Shown piece by piece: positions 49,385 through 63,800 of a stretch of 64,000 nucleotides of DNA; position 1 is the stretch's first letter; each line of letters begins with the position of its first letter. This stretch comes from Callorhinchus milii (Eukaryota), in assembly GCF_018977255.1 (NCBI RefSeq), contig NW_024704747.1:21700001-21764000 (forward strand), read 5' to 3'. A model generated the notes under the pieces. The model was given only the letters and a program-made list of their open reading frames with translations. It made no database searches and was not told the origin of the DNA. The position numbers and the translations under genes were made by a program.

Positions 49385-52152
49385 GCACCTCACCCTCTCC
49401 CACCCCTCCTTCCTCTCACTCAAAATCCTCCTCCTCTACCGGCCCCTTAAAACCTCTCCCACCTTCATCTCCGATATTTCGACACTTCTTACATCTCTCT
49501 GCCTCTGCTCTGATCTCCTCATCATCCTGGGCGACTTCAACCTGCACTTCACCCCCTCCTGCTCCATCTCCTCAGACTTCTCTTCCCTGCTCTCCTCGCT
49601 CAACCTCTCCCTCCACATCAACTCCCCCACTCACAGTCACGGCCACCCACTCGACTTGGTGATCACCCGGGGCCTCAGTGTCTCGGATGTCACTATCACC
49701 GACAAGGCCGTCTCCGACCACCACTTCATCTCCTTCACCACCTCCACCCTCCTCCCCACCTCCCCCAGACCCACCACCATCTTCTACCGCCCCTGGAAAA
49801 AGTTACCCCCGCAATCCCTAACCGCTGCCTTGGAGTCCCCTGAACTCCTCTCCCTCTGGTCTTCAACCCTCACTGACCCCTCTTCTGCTCTCACCCTCCT
49901 CCACAACACCCTCTCCTCCACACTCGACACTCTTGGCCCCATCACCTCCCGTACTGTCTCCTACTCTCGCTCCTCCCCCTGGTTCACCACCCACCTCTGC
50001 TCACTGAAGAGCCAGGTGCAGGCCGCTGTACGCACCTGCGGCAAATCTGACCTAACAGTCCACCGACAAATCTGGCTGGACCTCCTCAAAATCTACCGCT
50101 CCACTCTAGCCTCGGCCAAGTCGTCCTTCTACTCCAGGATAGAAGAACAACCCCAGGCTACTGTTTTCTACCTCATCCCGACTCCTCCGTCCCCCCCGCC
50201 ACCCCGCGCAGGTCATCTCCTCCAACCTTCACTGCGAGGAGATGCTGGATTTCCTTGAATCCAAAATCAAGGGAATTCGCTCCGCGGTCACTTCCCCTCC
50301 AACATCCACCCACCCCCCACCCCCTCCCTCCCACACTCCGACTCCTACCCATCCTCCCCTACACACTTTCATACCCGTTTCCCCACCCTCTGTCACCAAA
50401 CTCATCCTATCCCTGAAACCTACCACCTGCTCCCTTGACCCCATCCCCACTCCACTCCTCATCTCCCAGCTCCACCTCCTTGCCTCACATATCACAGACA
50501 TCGTCAACCTGTCCCTATCCTCTGGCTCTGTTCACACCATTCCCTTAAAAACTGCCACCATCACTCCCACCTTGAAAAAACCCTCCCTTGATGAGTCGCA
50601 GCTATCAAACTACCGGCCCATCTCCAACTTCCCCTTCCTGTCCAAGGTCCTGGAACGAGTTGTCGCCTCCCAGCTGCGCTCTTTCCTCTCCACCCATTCA
50701 TTATTTGAACCCCTTCAGTCGGGTTTCCGTGCTGCCCATAGCACAGAAACTGCCCTGGTCAAGGTCACCAATGACATCCTGACCATCTGTGACCAGGGCT
50801 CCCTCTGCCTCCTCGTCCTCCTCGACCTATCGGCAGCATTCGATACGGTCGACCACGCTATCCTCCTCCACCGCTTGTCCTCCCAACTCAACCTTCAAGG
50901 CTCTGTGCTTGAGTGGTTTAGGTCGTACCTCTCCCACCGTCTTCACTTTGTCTCCACAAATGGTTTTTCCTCCGGCCCCCGCACTGTCTCGTGTGCCTCC
51001 AGCGCCTTGGGACGTCCTCCTGACGTGAAAGGCGCTTTATAAATGGAATCTTGTTGTTGTTGTGTGGTGTCCCTCAAGGCTCTGTCCTTGGTCCCCTCCT
51101 CTTCACCCTCTATGTGCTCCCCCTTGGTGACATCATCCGCAGACATGGGGTTAACTTCCACATGTATGCGGATGACACCCAACTCTACCTTTCCTCCTCT
51201 ACCCTCAACTCCACGACCACCGATGTCCTGACAGCTGCCTGTCCGACATCGAGTCCTGGACGAGAGACAACTTTCTTCAGCTCAACGTGCGTAAAACTGA
51301 GGCCATCCTGATTGGCTCGCGTCAGTGCCTCCGCACCTCAGGCACTGACAGCATCAGCATCCAAGGCTGCACTCTCCACCTCTCAAAGCCAGTCAGGAAC
51401 CTCGGGGTTCTGTTCGACCCTGAGCTGTCCTTTTTCCCTCATATCCGCGTCACAACTGGCACCGCCTTCCATCACCTCCGGAATATCGCCAGACTACGGC
51501 ACTACCTCACCCCTCACGCTGCTGAAACCCTGGTCCACGCCTTTGTCACCTCAAGGCTGGACTATGGGAACTCTCTCCTCGCCGGCCTTCCCGGCACCTC
51601 CCTCCACAAGCTGCAGGTCATTCAGAACTCTGCAGCTCGTGTACTGTCCCGCACCAGGCTTCGAGACCACATCACTCCCACCCTCGCTCGCCTCCACTGG
51701 CTCCCCATCCCCCAGAGGATCGATTTCAAGATCCTCATCCTCACCTACAAGGCCATTCACGGCCTCGCTCCCTCCTACCTCTCTGACCTACTATTCCCCT
51801 ACCTACCTGCCCGTACCCTCCGTTCCTCTGGCTCCGGTCTGCTCCACATCCCCCGCCCCAACCGCCCTACCATCGGTGGCCGGGCTCTCAGCCCCGAGGC
51901 TCTGGAACTCTATCCCCCAGTGCCTTCGCCGCTTCCTCCCTTTCCTCCTTCAAGGCCGGTCTCAAAACCTTTCTCTTTGACCGTGTCTTCAGCTCCCCTC
52001 TCGACTCTCTACCCCCTCCTCGCTCCCTCCCTTCCCTCCCCTCACCCTGACCAATTCCCCCCTGCTCGGGTCCTCGGGTACAGCGCCTTGGGACGTCCTC
52101 CCAACATGAAAGGTGCTCTATGAATAGAATCTTGTTGTTGTTGTTGTGTTGT
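49385..52152 (+). mobile_element. L2 LINE, EN-RT ORF2 to the 3' tail, disabled; carries a nested L2 tail
   Basis: [58 protein letters not shown]; (ttg)n tail. Confidence 0.97.
50996..51061 (+). mobile_element. ~66-bp L2 3' tail inserted inside the L2 RT
   Basis: agcgccttgggacgtcctcctgacgtgaaaggcgct...(ttg)n flanked by gtgtg at 50991-50995 and 51062-51066. Confidence 0.9.
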
Positions 52153-52989
52153 TTCGGTGGTCGATTTCCTGTGGCTGTCTCTCTTATTCCGCTGCACTTT
52201 ATGGTAAAACCCATATGTGTTGTTGAAATTTAGCTTTCAGCATCCATACAGGCAATCTTCTTTACACATTAATGCACAAACCAGTCATACAGAACATTTT
52301 ATAGCTGATAATATGCATAATATGCGGTGCCAACTGAGTACATAAGTGCACTGCAGAATCCAGCACTTTTCGAACCCAGACGTGGAATGTGACACACAAT
52401 GCAAATAGCACAGACCTGCAAAGGAATAAAACTGAGCCCAGTGTGGTGTACTTCCAAGACGTTTATTCTGTTTAAATGAGTTGCCGTTCATTTAGAAATG
52501 ATTAATTGGATTCCCTTTGTTCTGTTCACAGTGCAGGCACGTTTATTTCAAAATCATTCTAACAAGAAAACAGCGCTGCAAGTAATAGGTCTAATGAGAT
52601 GGTGTGATGCTGGGATAAACCAGATAAAATCACTTTACAGCTCCATCCTGACCCAACGGTGTAATGGAATTCAGCTTGAACTTTATTGTCTGTTTAGGTT
52701 ATCTGCATAATCATCAAGATTTGAAAAACATATGTGGATATTTTGCACGTTTTACATTGTTTAATGCAGATAAAACATTGTTATGTGAATTTCATCATGA
52801 CCCACATGAATATTACTTGAACGTTATCAAGTGGTCATACAGTTCTGTTGGTATTGTACACTGCACGCAAAAACAAAACAGATGTGCGCTTCCTGGGTGA
52901 TGCAGTGGGTTAAACACACTGTTTTTTTTTGCCTCTTGAGACTTGAGTTCGAATCCCACTCAGACTGATGGGCAAAGGGTAACTTCAAG

Positions 52990-53195
52990 TCAGACACCAG
53001 GAAGTTTTTCTTTACCCAGATGGTGATTAATGACTGGAACAGGTTGGTAGGAAGGGTGGTTGAGGCCAGGACACTGAGTAAAAAAAAACACTGCTTGGTG
53101 CTGTGATTGGAGGATATTACGGTGGGTGTTCTGGAAGGACGAGATCAGATGAGTCAAAGGGGCTTCTTCATCTGAACCGATCTCATGATCTTGTG
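52990..53195 (+). mobile_element. CR1 3' end
   Basis: Aligns with 45785-45965. Confidence 0.7.
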
Positions 53196-55430
53196 GTGGA
53201 ATAAAACTTCTCCTCTCTCTGCTGGCTCTGAAGATTTTATCAGAGTGAACTAAAGCAATCTCAGGTCTGTTCGCAGTGGGGATCTCCACAACCCAAACTG
53301 CCCACCATAGCATAAATTGTTACTAAACTAATTTTTTTCACATTGAGGTCACATATAGATGACAAATGTAGGAAATTGAAATTTTAGACTGGTGAAGCAG
53401 GAAGTGGCTAAAGCACATTTGGGATTATTATTCCCTGATCAGTAAAAATAGCAATAAATATTTTGATTACAGTTTTTTATTATGGGAAACCTAATGATAA
53501 AGATCTAACCGAAAGATTGCTACTTCCGTGTTCAGGGTCTGATAGAGCCCCTTGTTGGAGCAGAGTGAAGGGAGCTTTACTCTTTGTCTGTCCTACGCCT
53601 GACTTGGAAGTGGGTCAAGCTACCACTGTGTATAACAAGTGTAAAACAGCTCCTGGTACATCTCTTCTGAATGAGCAACAAAAATTAACTGAAATATACT
53701 CGCTATACGGATTGAGAATTCTACGGGAGTTCTACATTCAGCGCTCTGACGCTGTGACTGAAATGAAATGCCAGCTGTTATCTTTCTCCCAATAACTGGG
53801 TCAAAGCATATCCTTTTATGAACTTTTAACCTTGGGGACACCATCTTTCATAGAATCACAATCTCTGCTAAAACAGCTGGCTGTAAGGGGGTGATATCAA
53901 TACAAATATGACTATTATTAATACTGTAAGCGCTACAAGGCAAAAAAAAAGGGAAGGCAGCAATGCATTGACATAAAAAGTCCAACATGTTTTGGTACAG
54001 GCTTTCATTCATCAGCAAGAGCTGGACAGTGCACTGTTTGTGTTTGAAACCAGGCTCATTGTTTACGACAGGAGAAGGAACTGCCCGAGAAACAGGCCTG
54101 GGAATCCAAATCAACAGGAAAAAATCTCTTCGCACCCACACGACATGCAGGTCATGAAAAAAAAACATCCGGCAGATTTTTCATTATACTTTTAGACTTG
54201 GTGGAATATTTTAACCCATTCAGTAATTCACATTATCACAGATTATATCTTTTATCTCAATATATCATTGTCACCAATCATGCATGATCTATGTACAGTA
54301 AATTTCTGAGAACTCAACCCCTGGCTTAACTTGTCACTACCACTTCAGTCATCATGCTGTCAATATTTCGGCCGCATTTACTTATATATTTATACATATG
54401 CCTAACTCGCTGCTCTGGATAACTCTTCTCTGAGCTCTTTTCTCTCGGTGTGACAAGTTATCAGTAGTTTATTTCCCTAAAAGTTTAGACTTCTGTGTGC
54501 AGCACTACATATAAGTGTTGTAAGATATTAGAAAAAAAATCTGGTTAGATATTTTGATATTGAAATCAGAGATGGATGAGATATTTGAAACCTAACTTTC
54601 TGCAATGAGGCTTTTCCAGTTCATATAGTCTGTTCCTCTCTGTGCCCAGAATGGAACATGTACTTTTTTTGCACAGATCAACTTTTCCACTTTCAAATAG
54701 GATTGACATTCGTACCTGAGATTCACATTTAGCTACTAAATTTAAGTAGCGCCCTTTCAAGTGCACACAGCACCATTCAGTTCACACATAGGATTATGTA
54801 CTGGAAGAGCAATCCTCGAAATTGTATTACAGACCTTCTTTCGTCTGGTGGGTTTTGCAATTAGGCAAAACTCACAGCTGCATCAGAGAGATATAAATAA
54901 TCACCACTGAACCAGAAGAGTTCATCTTAAAGCAGGGAAAGGCACTCATTACAGTGAAACTTGAAGGTCCTTGTCTACTTTACCTGGGTGGATTTTGATG
55001 CATTCAGCACATCAATTTCGCACAGATTGGTAGGAAACTACTTATAAGCATGTAACATTGCTCGCCTGCAGATTAGAGTGCTGACTTGAGTGGCTATATT
55101 GTGAGACAGGAAGGCGAGACTTTAGACCAAACAGATTTGTTGACAGAATGTGACTGATCTCTGTTACTCTAATCTGCAGTGGAGCAGCAGGAGGTAAGTG
55201 CATGAATAGGGCTGAAGATTCATAAATGCTCGAGGTTTGGATCCCAACCATTCGAGAAATGGAAACGAAAATGAATAGAGCAATCTGCAGTGATTATGAA
55301 GCACCAGAAAATAGGATTCAGACTCCTCACTACCAGGATTCCAGAGAGGCACAGAGGTCAGACTCACCTAGCTGATACCTACAATACAAGGGGACTGGAG
55401 TGTTAGCAATTTCTGAAGGAAGAGCACCGA

Positions 55431-55540
55431 TAATAATAATAATCCTTGCATTTTATATAGCGGTTTTCACGTCTTCTAAACGTCTCAAAGTGCTTCACAG
55501 AATAGACTGTAAAGTGAATTGACTGTATATTTGTGGAGTA
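55431..55540 (-). mobile_element. SINE 3' tail fragment
   Basis: (aat)n-ccttgcatt..cacgtc..acgtctcaaagtgcttcacag; many similar short tails occur across the window. Confidence 0.8.
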
Positions 55541-56659
55541 AAGTTTGTGACATTTCATCATGCTTTCCTTGTGTTAATTGATATGAAACAACGCTATCTT
55601 TAACCTAAACCCTTGAACATAACCACAGTAAACACAAACCCTCTTGTACCGTTTTATATAACAATTACTGGGCAATAAAAAAGGGGATCCAGCAGTACAC
55701 AGCATGTTTACACAGTCATTGCTTTAATACGTTAAAATGAGGTACACAACAGTGAAATAAAGACAATAAGAAGTCTAAACATTTGGGGGATTAAAACAGC
55801 AGGATTGGGCACCACAACACCAATGTCAAATAGCCAGCATGTACCTACTGTCTATCTAGGCGTTCACATTAAAAATTAATTGATTCTCATTTAAATTGGT
55901 TGTGAAAATATTTGCATTGAATGATAGCAGAGAGTGGAGGAAAAAGGAAATGCCAAAACAAAATTACTGTAGTGAATATCAAACTGCTCTGGAGTATTAA
56001 ATATGCAAAATATACAGTCAAATCACTTTACAGTATACTCTGTGAAGCGCTTTGAGTCATCTCGAAGGTGTAAGGCGCCATATCATATGCAAAGATTATT
56101 ATTTATTATTGGCAGTATTGAAGTCACTCATCATCAAAAGAAACAGTTGCATTCTTGGCACTCTAATAACTTTAAAAAATGACGACTATTTATCATTCGT
56201 TAGCAGAGCTCTGCGCAAGGGCACATTTGGGCAGCTCTAGAGTTCCCCTCAGATCCCCAGCGAGAGAGATTCAGAACAGCAGAACATAAATAAAGTATCC
56301 TGCTCTGAATTGCTCTACAATCGGAAGCAGTATTATATTGTTTTTAGCTGTTTGAAAAAGGGATATGTAGTTAAGGGAAGACGGTAGGAGGAATGGCAAG
56401 CTTCCCCGCTGATCTAGCGATGTCATTGCTGGTCGATAAGTGTAACTAAAGACTATCGTATTTCTCCTGCAATTTCTGCTACTGCCAAGAGAAGCCTCCA
56501 ACAACAATGAATAGAAGAGAAAATCAAACCAAGCCTCAGAATTGAGAAATGCAGGAAGATCCATCTTTTCTATCACACTGGCAAAAACTAACCTTTGGTT
56601 AGGGGAGTAAGACTGTCACAATTGCACCCTTCTTAAAGGATGAACTGGCTGATAATATG

Positions 56660-56901
56660 ATGTAAAGTGAATTGACTATATATTTGTGGGCGAAACGAGG
56701 CAGCCAATTGCACACAGCAGTGTCCCACAAACAGTCGTGGATTGAAAATGACCAATTTATTATTGTTTTTTGCTTTGGAGGGATGATTATTAGGCGTGTG
56801 GAGTAAGGAAACTTGCCCGAGGTTTCGCCCTCTGCCTGGAATTGAACCCAGGTGTCTCGCTTGAAAGGCGAGTGCTCTAACCACTGAGCTACAGGACTCC
56901 A
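56660..56901 (-). mobile_element. tRNA(Ala)-derived SINE lacking its 3' tail
   Basis: Head and body match the other copies. Confidence 0.9.
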
Positions 56902-57117
56902 TGTATAACCTAGCCATATGAAAAGAACACTGCATTCTATTTAATTTATGCCAAGTTAATTAATAAAACAGATTATAGAAAAGCCCCCAAAATGAGGAGA
57001 GAATTCAAGACGGAATTAGCTTAAAACCCAACAAACAGATGTTCCTCATCCTCTTTTAAATTAAATACCATCTTGCAGTTCACAATCATGTGGATGTGTT
57101 AATGCCTTTATATATTA

Positions 57118-57408
57118 CTAGCTGTACCTGTTGCAACCAAAGGATGCAATATGGAATGTAGATTGACACACAGACAGACACATAGACATTTCATCTTTAC
57201 CTATACTCAGCTGGGAGGATTCCTTTAATATATTTTCTCTCTCAGTCTCTCTCTCTCTCTCTCTCAGTCTCTCTTAGTCTCTCTCTCTCAGTCTCTCCCT
57301 CTCTCTCTCTCTCTCTCACTCAGTCTCTCTCTCTTTCGCAGTCTGTTTCTCTCTCAGTCTTTCTCTGTCTCTCCCTCAAAACACACAGTCACTACATTTT
57401 ATTATATA

Positions 57409-57442
<34 letters not shown>

Positions 57443-57874
57443 GTCTCTCGCTCCCAGTCTCTCTCCCTCTCTGTCTCTCTCAGTTTCTCTCACTATCTCA
57501 ATCTTTCTCTCGGAGTATCTCTCTTTGTATGTCCCACATGGGAGGACTCTAGCTCCCATGACAACCAGAAGAACGTGCCATACATTTGTTGCAGAATATA
57601 GATGTATCTCTCTGAATGGTGTGTGCTTTCCTCTGTCACTACGTAGTTGCAGAATACGATGCATACCTCATATTTTGGGGCTTAATTAAAGCATTTTTTA
57701 ATATAGCTCATCAACGCTAGGAGATCCCCCCTCAAAAAATATGCCCATGACACTGCCAGTTGCAAGACCTTTCTGATGAAGTATAAATCATGTCTCTACT
57801 TCAATCGGTTATTGCATGATTGTCAGATACACTGACACACAGACAGACAGGCATTGTCGTTTTATTAATATAGA
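57118..57874 (-). mobile_element. Non-autonomous Helitron, copy 2, with extra internal sequence
   Basis: Termini homologous to 41484-41816 (TC...CTAG, A|T site); internal (ct)n/cagt tract and unique DNA at ~57225-57715. Confidence 0.75.
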
Positions 57875-60099
57875 TTTAGTAGCATGAATATTCTAGCTTG
57901 AGCAACCAGCTGTGTTTGGGTTATTACCAGGTTGTATCCGTACCTAATGCTTTTTATTATTCATTGGAGTTTGCACTTACAGTACTCAAGTTACTGTGAA
58001 ATAATTTATAATCTTGAACAACTCAATCTGCCCGATAAATCTACTGATGAATCTGCTCATCCAGTACACAACTCTAATCCAAATATCATTCTCACTGTTA
58101 AGTATTTATTTTTATTTTTCAAGCCTACAGAAATTCAGAGAGGTTTTATTTCTGTTTGCTGTGGTCAAATTCCATTAGTGAATGCTTGGATATGTGTTAA
58201 TTAACCCAACTGATAATGTTGACACAGTTTTAAAATCAGATGTTTTTAGAGTATAAAATATGAGGAATATTAAAAAATAATGGATTTAATATCACTGTTG
58301 AAAGACTGCACCTCTGTCAACCCAGTCCTCTCCCATCACAACACTGGAGTCTTAGATTGGATTATGAGCTCAAGGTTTGAGGTAGGTTTGAACCCACAAT
58401 CTCTTGACCTAGAAGGAAGAGTGCTACTAACTGCATCAAATTGCAAACTCAGTAAATGAGCAAGAAAACTTCAAAAGCACGCTGACGATTACAGGTTGTT
58501 TTGATTTTGTTACATGGCAGTTACAGAAGCCATAATTTTATTTCCAGTGTAAACCAGTTGTTGAGCAGATGTGCAGAATCTACTCTATAGCTTGCAAGTA
58601 ATTGTGTAATGAATACTTTCGATAATGTGCATTGTTCATCCCACTTTAAGCGAAATGAAGGCAACGAGGCTATGAAGTGAATTTGCCTGACACACGTGTG
58701 GAGTGAATGTGCAGTGAGACATAATGAATGGGCAATTGAAACAGTGCAACAAGACTTAAGGATAGCTTGCTTATATAAAATGTTGGATAGTATTATACTG
58801 AATAATGAATCGTCAGGTACTAAAGTAAACTGGTCAACAGATAGTCCAGGATGACACACCGATGAATGACAGGTGGGAACACTTCATTATCAGGGATGCC
58901 TTACTTTGATGTTAAATTACTGTTTTATCATTGGGCAACTCCATTCATGCAGGAACACACATTATCTGATTGAGCTGCTTTTATTTTTAGTTTCATTGCT
59001 TTATTTCTAAAAACGCTATGGTCCTACCTGTGCCATTGCTTCACAAATTTCACAACTAAAGCCACGGTCCAGGAAAGTTAAGCAGCCAACTGGCATAAGA
59101 AGATTAGTCAATTGTTCCTTTTACTAAAAGGGTCCATTGTTCCACATTAAACCCAATAATAAAAGCAGCATTGGGAAAGGTGAAAGTAAATTACGGGAAG
59201 AGTTCAAAAGAAAACTCCCAAACAAGAATGCCTTGAGGTTATACCAATGTGGTATTTAATTTGATGAAATTTTTATTGCTTTTGAAACTCTAATGTATGA
59301 CGCTTATCCCTAGTTAAACTAATGGTAAATTAGCTACTTGAAACTGTCTAAGGCCAAGCAAATTGGAAGCAGAAGGTAACAATATATGGCAAAATAAGCT
59401 CTGTCTAGGGTCCAGTGACAAGTAGAGTTACACAAAGCACTTGATTCATATCCAGCGACCCCTTTTTGAAAGTACACAATGTGTGAGAAATGGCTCAGAA
59501 GAGGACTGGATTCACCTTGAAATGAGTAATCACATCATTGCTCCTGATAGTTATCCCAATTTAATTTCCACGATTCTGCTCTTTAAATCCTTAAAAGGCC
59601 CCTGCAATACTTTAAAAAGGAAATTATGTCGTCAACATTCAGGATTTTACCCCAAAAACTATTTTTGAAAAGTTGTCAAAGACAAAGCCTCATTAAATCA
59701 CAACTCCCTGCAGTCGTTTGATTTTCACAAGGGAAGCAAATGCCGAGAGAAAGTCTTCAAGCCTGAACTATTGCTTTATGATGCACAGTGAACACCCTTG
59801 GAAATAAACTCCTTGTTTGCAGCCTATTTGTACATGTGGAGAACACTTTAAAATCCCAATGTGTGCTACTACATATGAACATGTTGGATGCAAAGCTTGC
59901 TAGTAGCAAACCATTTGGGGCCATTTATAGCAATCCATGTCTGCTTTGCTTGCTCTCTATATAGTATAGTATAATGGCTTAGGGGCAAATGTTAAGATTT
60001 AAAAAGTGGAATATAATATTTCAACATTTTAGAGTTCTGAAGGCTTTCAAATCTCAAGGTCCCCTGAAGAGACTGAAAATGAATCTAATAGAGCAATAT

Positions 60100-60251
60100 A
60101 ACAACAAAGAAATTACATTTGTATAACGCCTTTCATGTCGGGAGTACGTCCCAAGGCGCTGGTGTTTTGGACCTGAGCTGGGGGTTGGGATCGGGGAGGG
60201 TGAAGGGCAGGGGAGGAAGGAGGGTGACCAAAGGCACAGTCAAAGAGGAGA
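60100..60251 (-). mobile_element. L2 3' end fragment
   Basis: Closely similar to 12520-12675. Confidence 0.85.
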
Positions 60252-60739
60252 GTTAATACAATACATGTATTAACAATTGGTGCCAGACAAAGGAGAAGCT
60301 TTCAAAGTCAAAGATGACCGTTTTGCTAGCAAAGAACTGTGAGAGGAAATTGGTGAGATTCTGGTTAATATTTTTCAGAATTCCGCTAATATTGTCGCTG
60401 GACAGGTAGACAGCAATGTTAACCCATGAAACTTGAGTCTGCACAGTATTGAACCTATTAACCCAACATCTGGGGAAAATATAATACAATTTACATTGTA
60501 TTGCACCTTTCACATCGAGAGGACGTCTCAAAGTGTTTGACATTGCTGGCTGTGTATGTACCCTTGCGATTGGGAACCAAAGAGGGTCGGGAGGGGACAG
60601 ATGACTGAAAACATGGTTAGAGAATATGTTTTGAGGTGGGCTTTGAACTTTGGAAAGGAACAATGCTGTCAATGATCATCTAAAGAGAACATCACTATTA
60701 GGAGCAGTCAACATGCAATTAGGAGGTTCATGCTTCACA

Positions 60740-60880
60740 GAATTACACTAATTATTTGAGAAAGTAACTACTCTAATGGAGGAGGGCTATCCACTGGATA
60801 GAATTTACTTGGATGTTCGGAAAGCTTTTGATAAAGTTTAACAGATGAAGCTTTTAAAGAAGGTTAAAGCTCATCGTGAA
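60740..60880 (+). mobile_element. Decayed CR1 RT fragment
   Basis: IYLDVRKAFDKV motif. Confidence 0.65.
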
Positions 60881-63800
60881 ACTAACAGTAAATTAGCTGC
60901 TTAATTTAAGAAAATGGCTGTGTAGCAGGAAGCAGAAGGTAACAATGGTTGGAAAAAGCTTTTCCCTGGAGGATTTCCACATGCTGAGTTCCACAAGGTT
61001 GTACTCTGGATCCTTAGATTTTTATTTAGAAATAAATTAGACAAAGAGCAGTTTTTGAAATATTGTAAAAATTCAGCAAATAATAAATAGCATGTAAAGA
61101 CTGTAGGTAAAACATTGCTACTTAGGTAGTTTTTGTTGGAATCTCTTATCTCATCCAAAAAAACTGTGTAACCATTGTAAAGAATTCAGGGAAGAGGAGA
61201 AAAGGGTAATTCTGGGACCCAAAACCAGACGCAATGAAGCTGTTTTCTTGGGAGGTGGGGTGGTGGGGTGTGGGGGGGAGAGAGTAGGAAGAATATTAAA
61301 GAACTGAACATTAAGAAAGGACATTATCCAAGTCTTTAAAGTGATGGGAGGGCATAGGTGAAGTAGATGTATCTAGTATTACGCAGTATTAAAAAACAAA
61401 CCTAAGATAGCATGATATAAATTGTGAGAGCAGAACTAGAGGGCATAGATTTCAAAAGAAAATTCCTAACCTGAGCAGCAGTTTAAGGTATGAGAGTCTG
61501 GGACTTTCACTCCTGTAATAAGGCACAATGCTATGCAGAGTAACTTGTCTGACGGTTGTTCTTTTCTGCTGATAGGAGATATACTTCATCTAAGACCCTT
61601 GTTTCAAGTCTTAGAAATGCATCAGAATTATTGTCAGAGCAGCACTCAGCCACAAGCTCTTGAAATGGGAATGAGAACTACTGAGGCAGCCTGGGCAAAA
61701 TCAATTCTGGCCCAAACTATTTTAATTCTCTTTTAAGCAATCAATCACAAGTTCAGCAGTAGTTAGAAATCTCGAAAGTAGGTCAACTGTTAATTAGCCC
61801 ACGAGAAGAACTAGAAATTATTTGCGGGTCTCAGCTCGGGTGAGTTACAGATGGGTTCGTTGCCTGCTCCCTGCTTCACTGACTTCAGCGATTGGGGATT
61901 CTGAAATTCCCCTGGCTGTACCTAATGGCAAAGGACTCTAATTATGTTAACTCAAACTGAAGGTTTAACCACCTAACTGCAGATGGTTGTCTGCATGTCT
62001 GCAGCACCAGTCGCCATCCCTGATGAATCAGAAATTTTGCTGCTCGGGCTAAAGGCTGCTTTGCAAGTGCTTCGGATTCCTAACTGGCGTATTCAATTTC
62101 TGGCTCGTGGATACAAATTGGGAACATCTCTCATCGAGAGAATGACAGGATTGAAAATTATACTGATAACTTGGGGATTTATTTGTGCGTTGGGCTAACA
62201 ACTCATGTGCAAATGTGAACTTCTGTAGTTGAGAACCAGTGTAAAGAACTTTTATATTCTGAGGGGTTTATTTTGAGATTGTCTGACCTTGGGAGCCAAG
62301 TGAACTGCATTCTCTTCTGCTCATTGAATTCACCTACCTTAGCTATGTGGGCTTACAATGCCAAAATCCTATTAAAAGCTTGTTTGTTCCCCTCTCCCCT
62401 TACTTTCAGAGCAAACACACTTTGTTAAATATTCCCTGTAGCTGTGCAAAGTGCTTTAGACTAGAGTCCTAGACCATTAAGCCTGCGTCTAGAAAAACAC
62501 AGTTTGCAGTTTATTTTACAAAAACTCTTGTGTACATAATTATAGATTGCACTAGCATAATTAGAACTTCTTAAAAACAGCTAAGCGTTTTTGCAGTAGA
62601 CATTTACAACACAAACAGGCTGGCGAAAACCACCCGAAAAGAAAGTGAGACAGGTTTATTTTAGTGCTGTACAAAAGCTGTCAATAAATGTATGATGTAG
62701 TGGAGAGGTAATTTGTCATCATCAGAATATAAATAATAATAACAATCATAATCCTATCATTTAATAGAGCACCTTTCAAGGCAGAGACAAGCACCTCAAA
62801 GCAGGATTTACTGTAAAGTGCAGTGACTGTATTTTGAGGTGAATACACATCCAATTTGCACACAGCAATGTCCCCACAAACAGCCATGAAGCAAATGAAC
62901 AATTCCATTTTGGGAACTGTTGGCCAGGACACTGGGCAAAACACCCAATGATTTGAAAAATAACTCCAGATATTATAGTGAGAGAATGAGGAAATCTCCA
63001 TGGCATATTAAACACAAACAATTATTGTCACCACTCACAAACTACATCGAGCTAAAGCATAATTCCATTCGTAATTTGGTAATTATTTTTTTTCAATGAT
63101 TTATTCAAAAATGACAGAGACTAATGAATGATTCAGACTAAAAGTTTGCCATTGTACAAGTAACTGGGATAAATAGATGTAGTAAATTTACAACAATATT
63201 GCTCATAATAATGAGTTTACAAATCATTGTTTGTATTGAAATAGAGATTATTTTGTATTTAAATACAAAGGGTTTCGCATGAATTTAACTTGAGTGGATA
63301 AACAGACTCTTGTGTTCCCATCTACATGAAAGAGAAAGACATGACTGTTTCTCTTTTCTCCTCTTTTCTGCCTGTTCTGGATGTTGAACACTTTTCAGGA
63401 GGATGACACTGAGTTCAAAAATACAGCACAGAAATCCATTTGGCCCATTATATCTGTACTGGCTCTTTGAAAGAGCAAACCATTTAGTCCCTTTTATCTA
63501 CCTTCTCCCTGTAGCCCTTCACATTTGCAGCACAGAAGAAGGTCATTTGGCCCATCATGTCTATGCAGGCTCTTTGAAAAAGCAAACTGTTCAGTCCCAT
63601 TTATTTGGCTTTTACTGCTACACTTTTTAGTTATCTATTCAGTTCCCTCTTGAGAGCTAAAGTGGATTCTGCCTCAACCATCGGACCCAGCAGGAAATCC
63701 TCCAGGTGAATTGACCATTCAACTCCTGTCTGTTGGTGGGACCTTGTTGTTGCAAATAGCTGTGGCTTTTGCCTGCAAGGAGTTGCTGCACTTGACAGTA

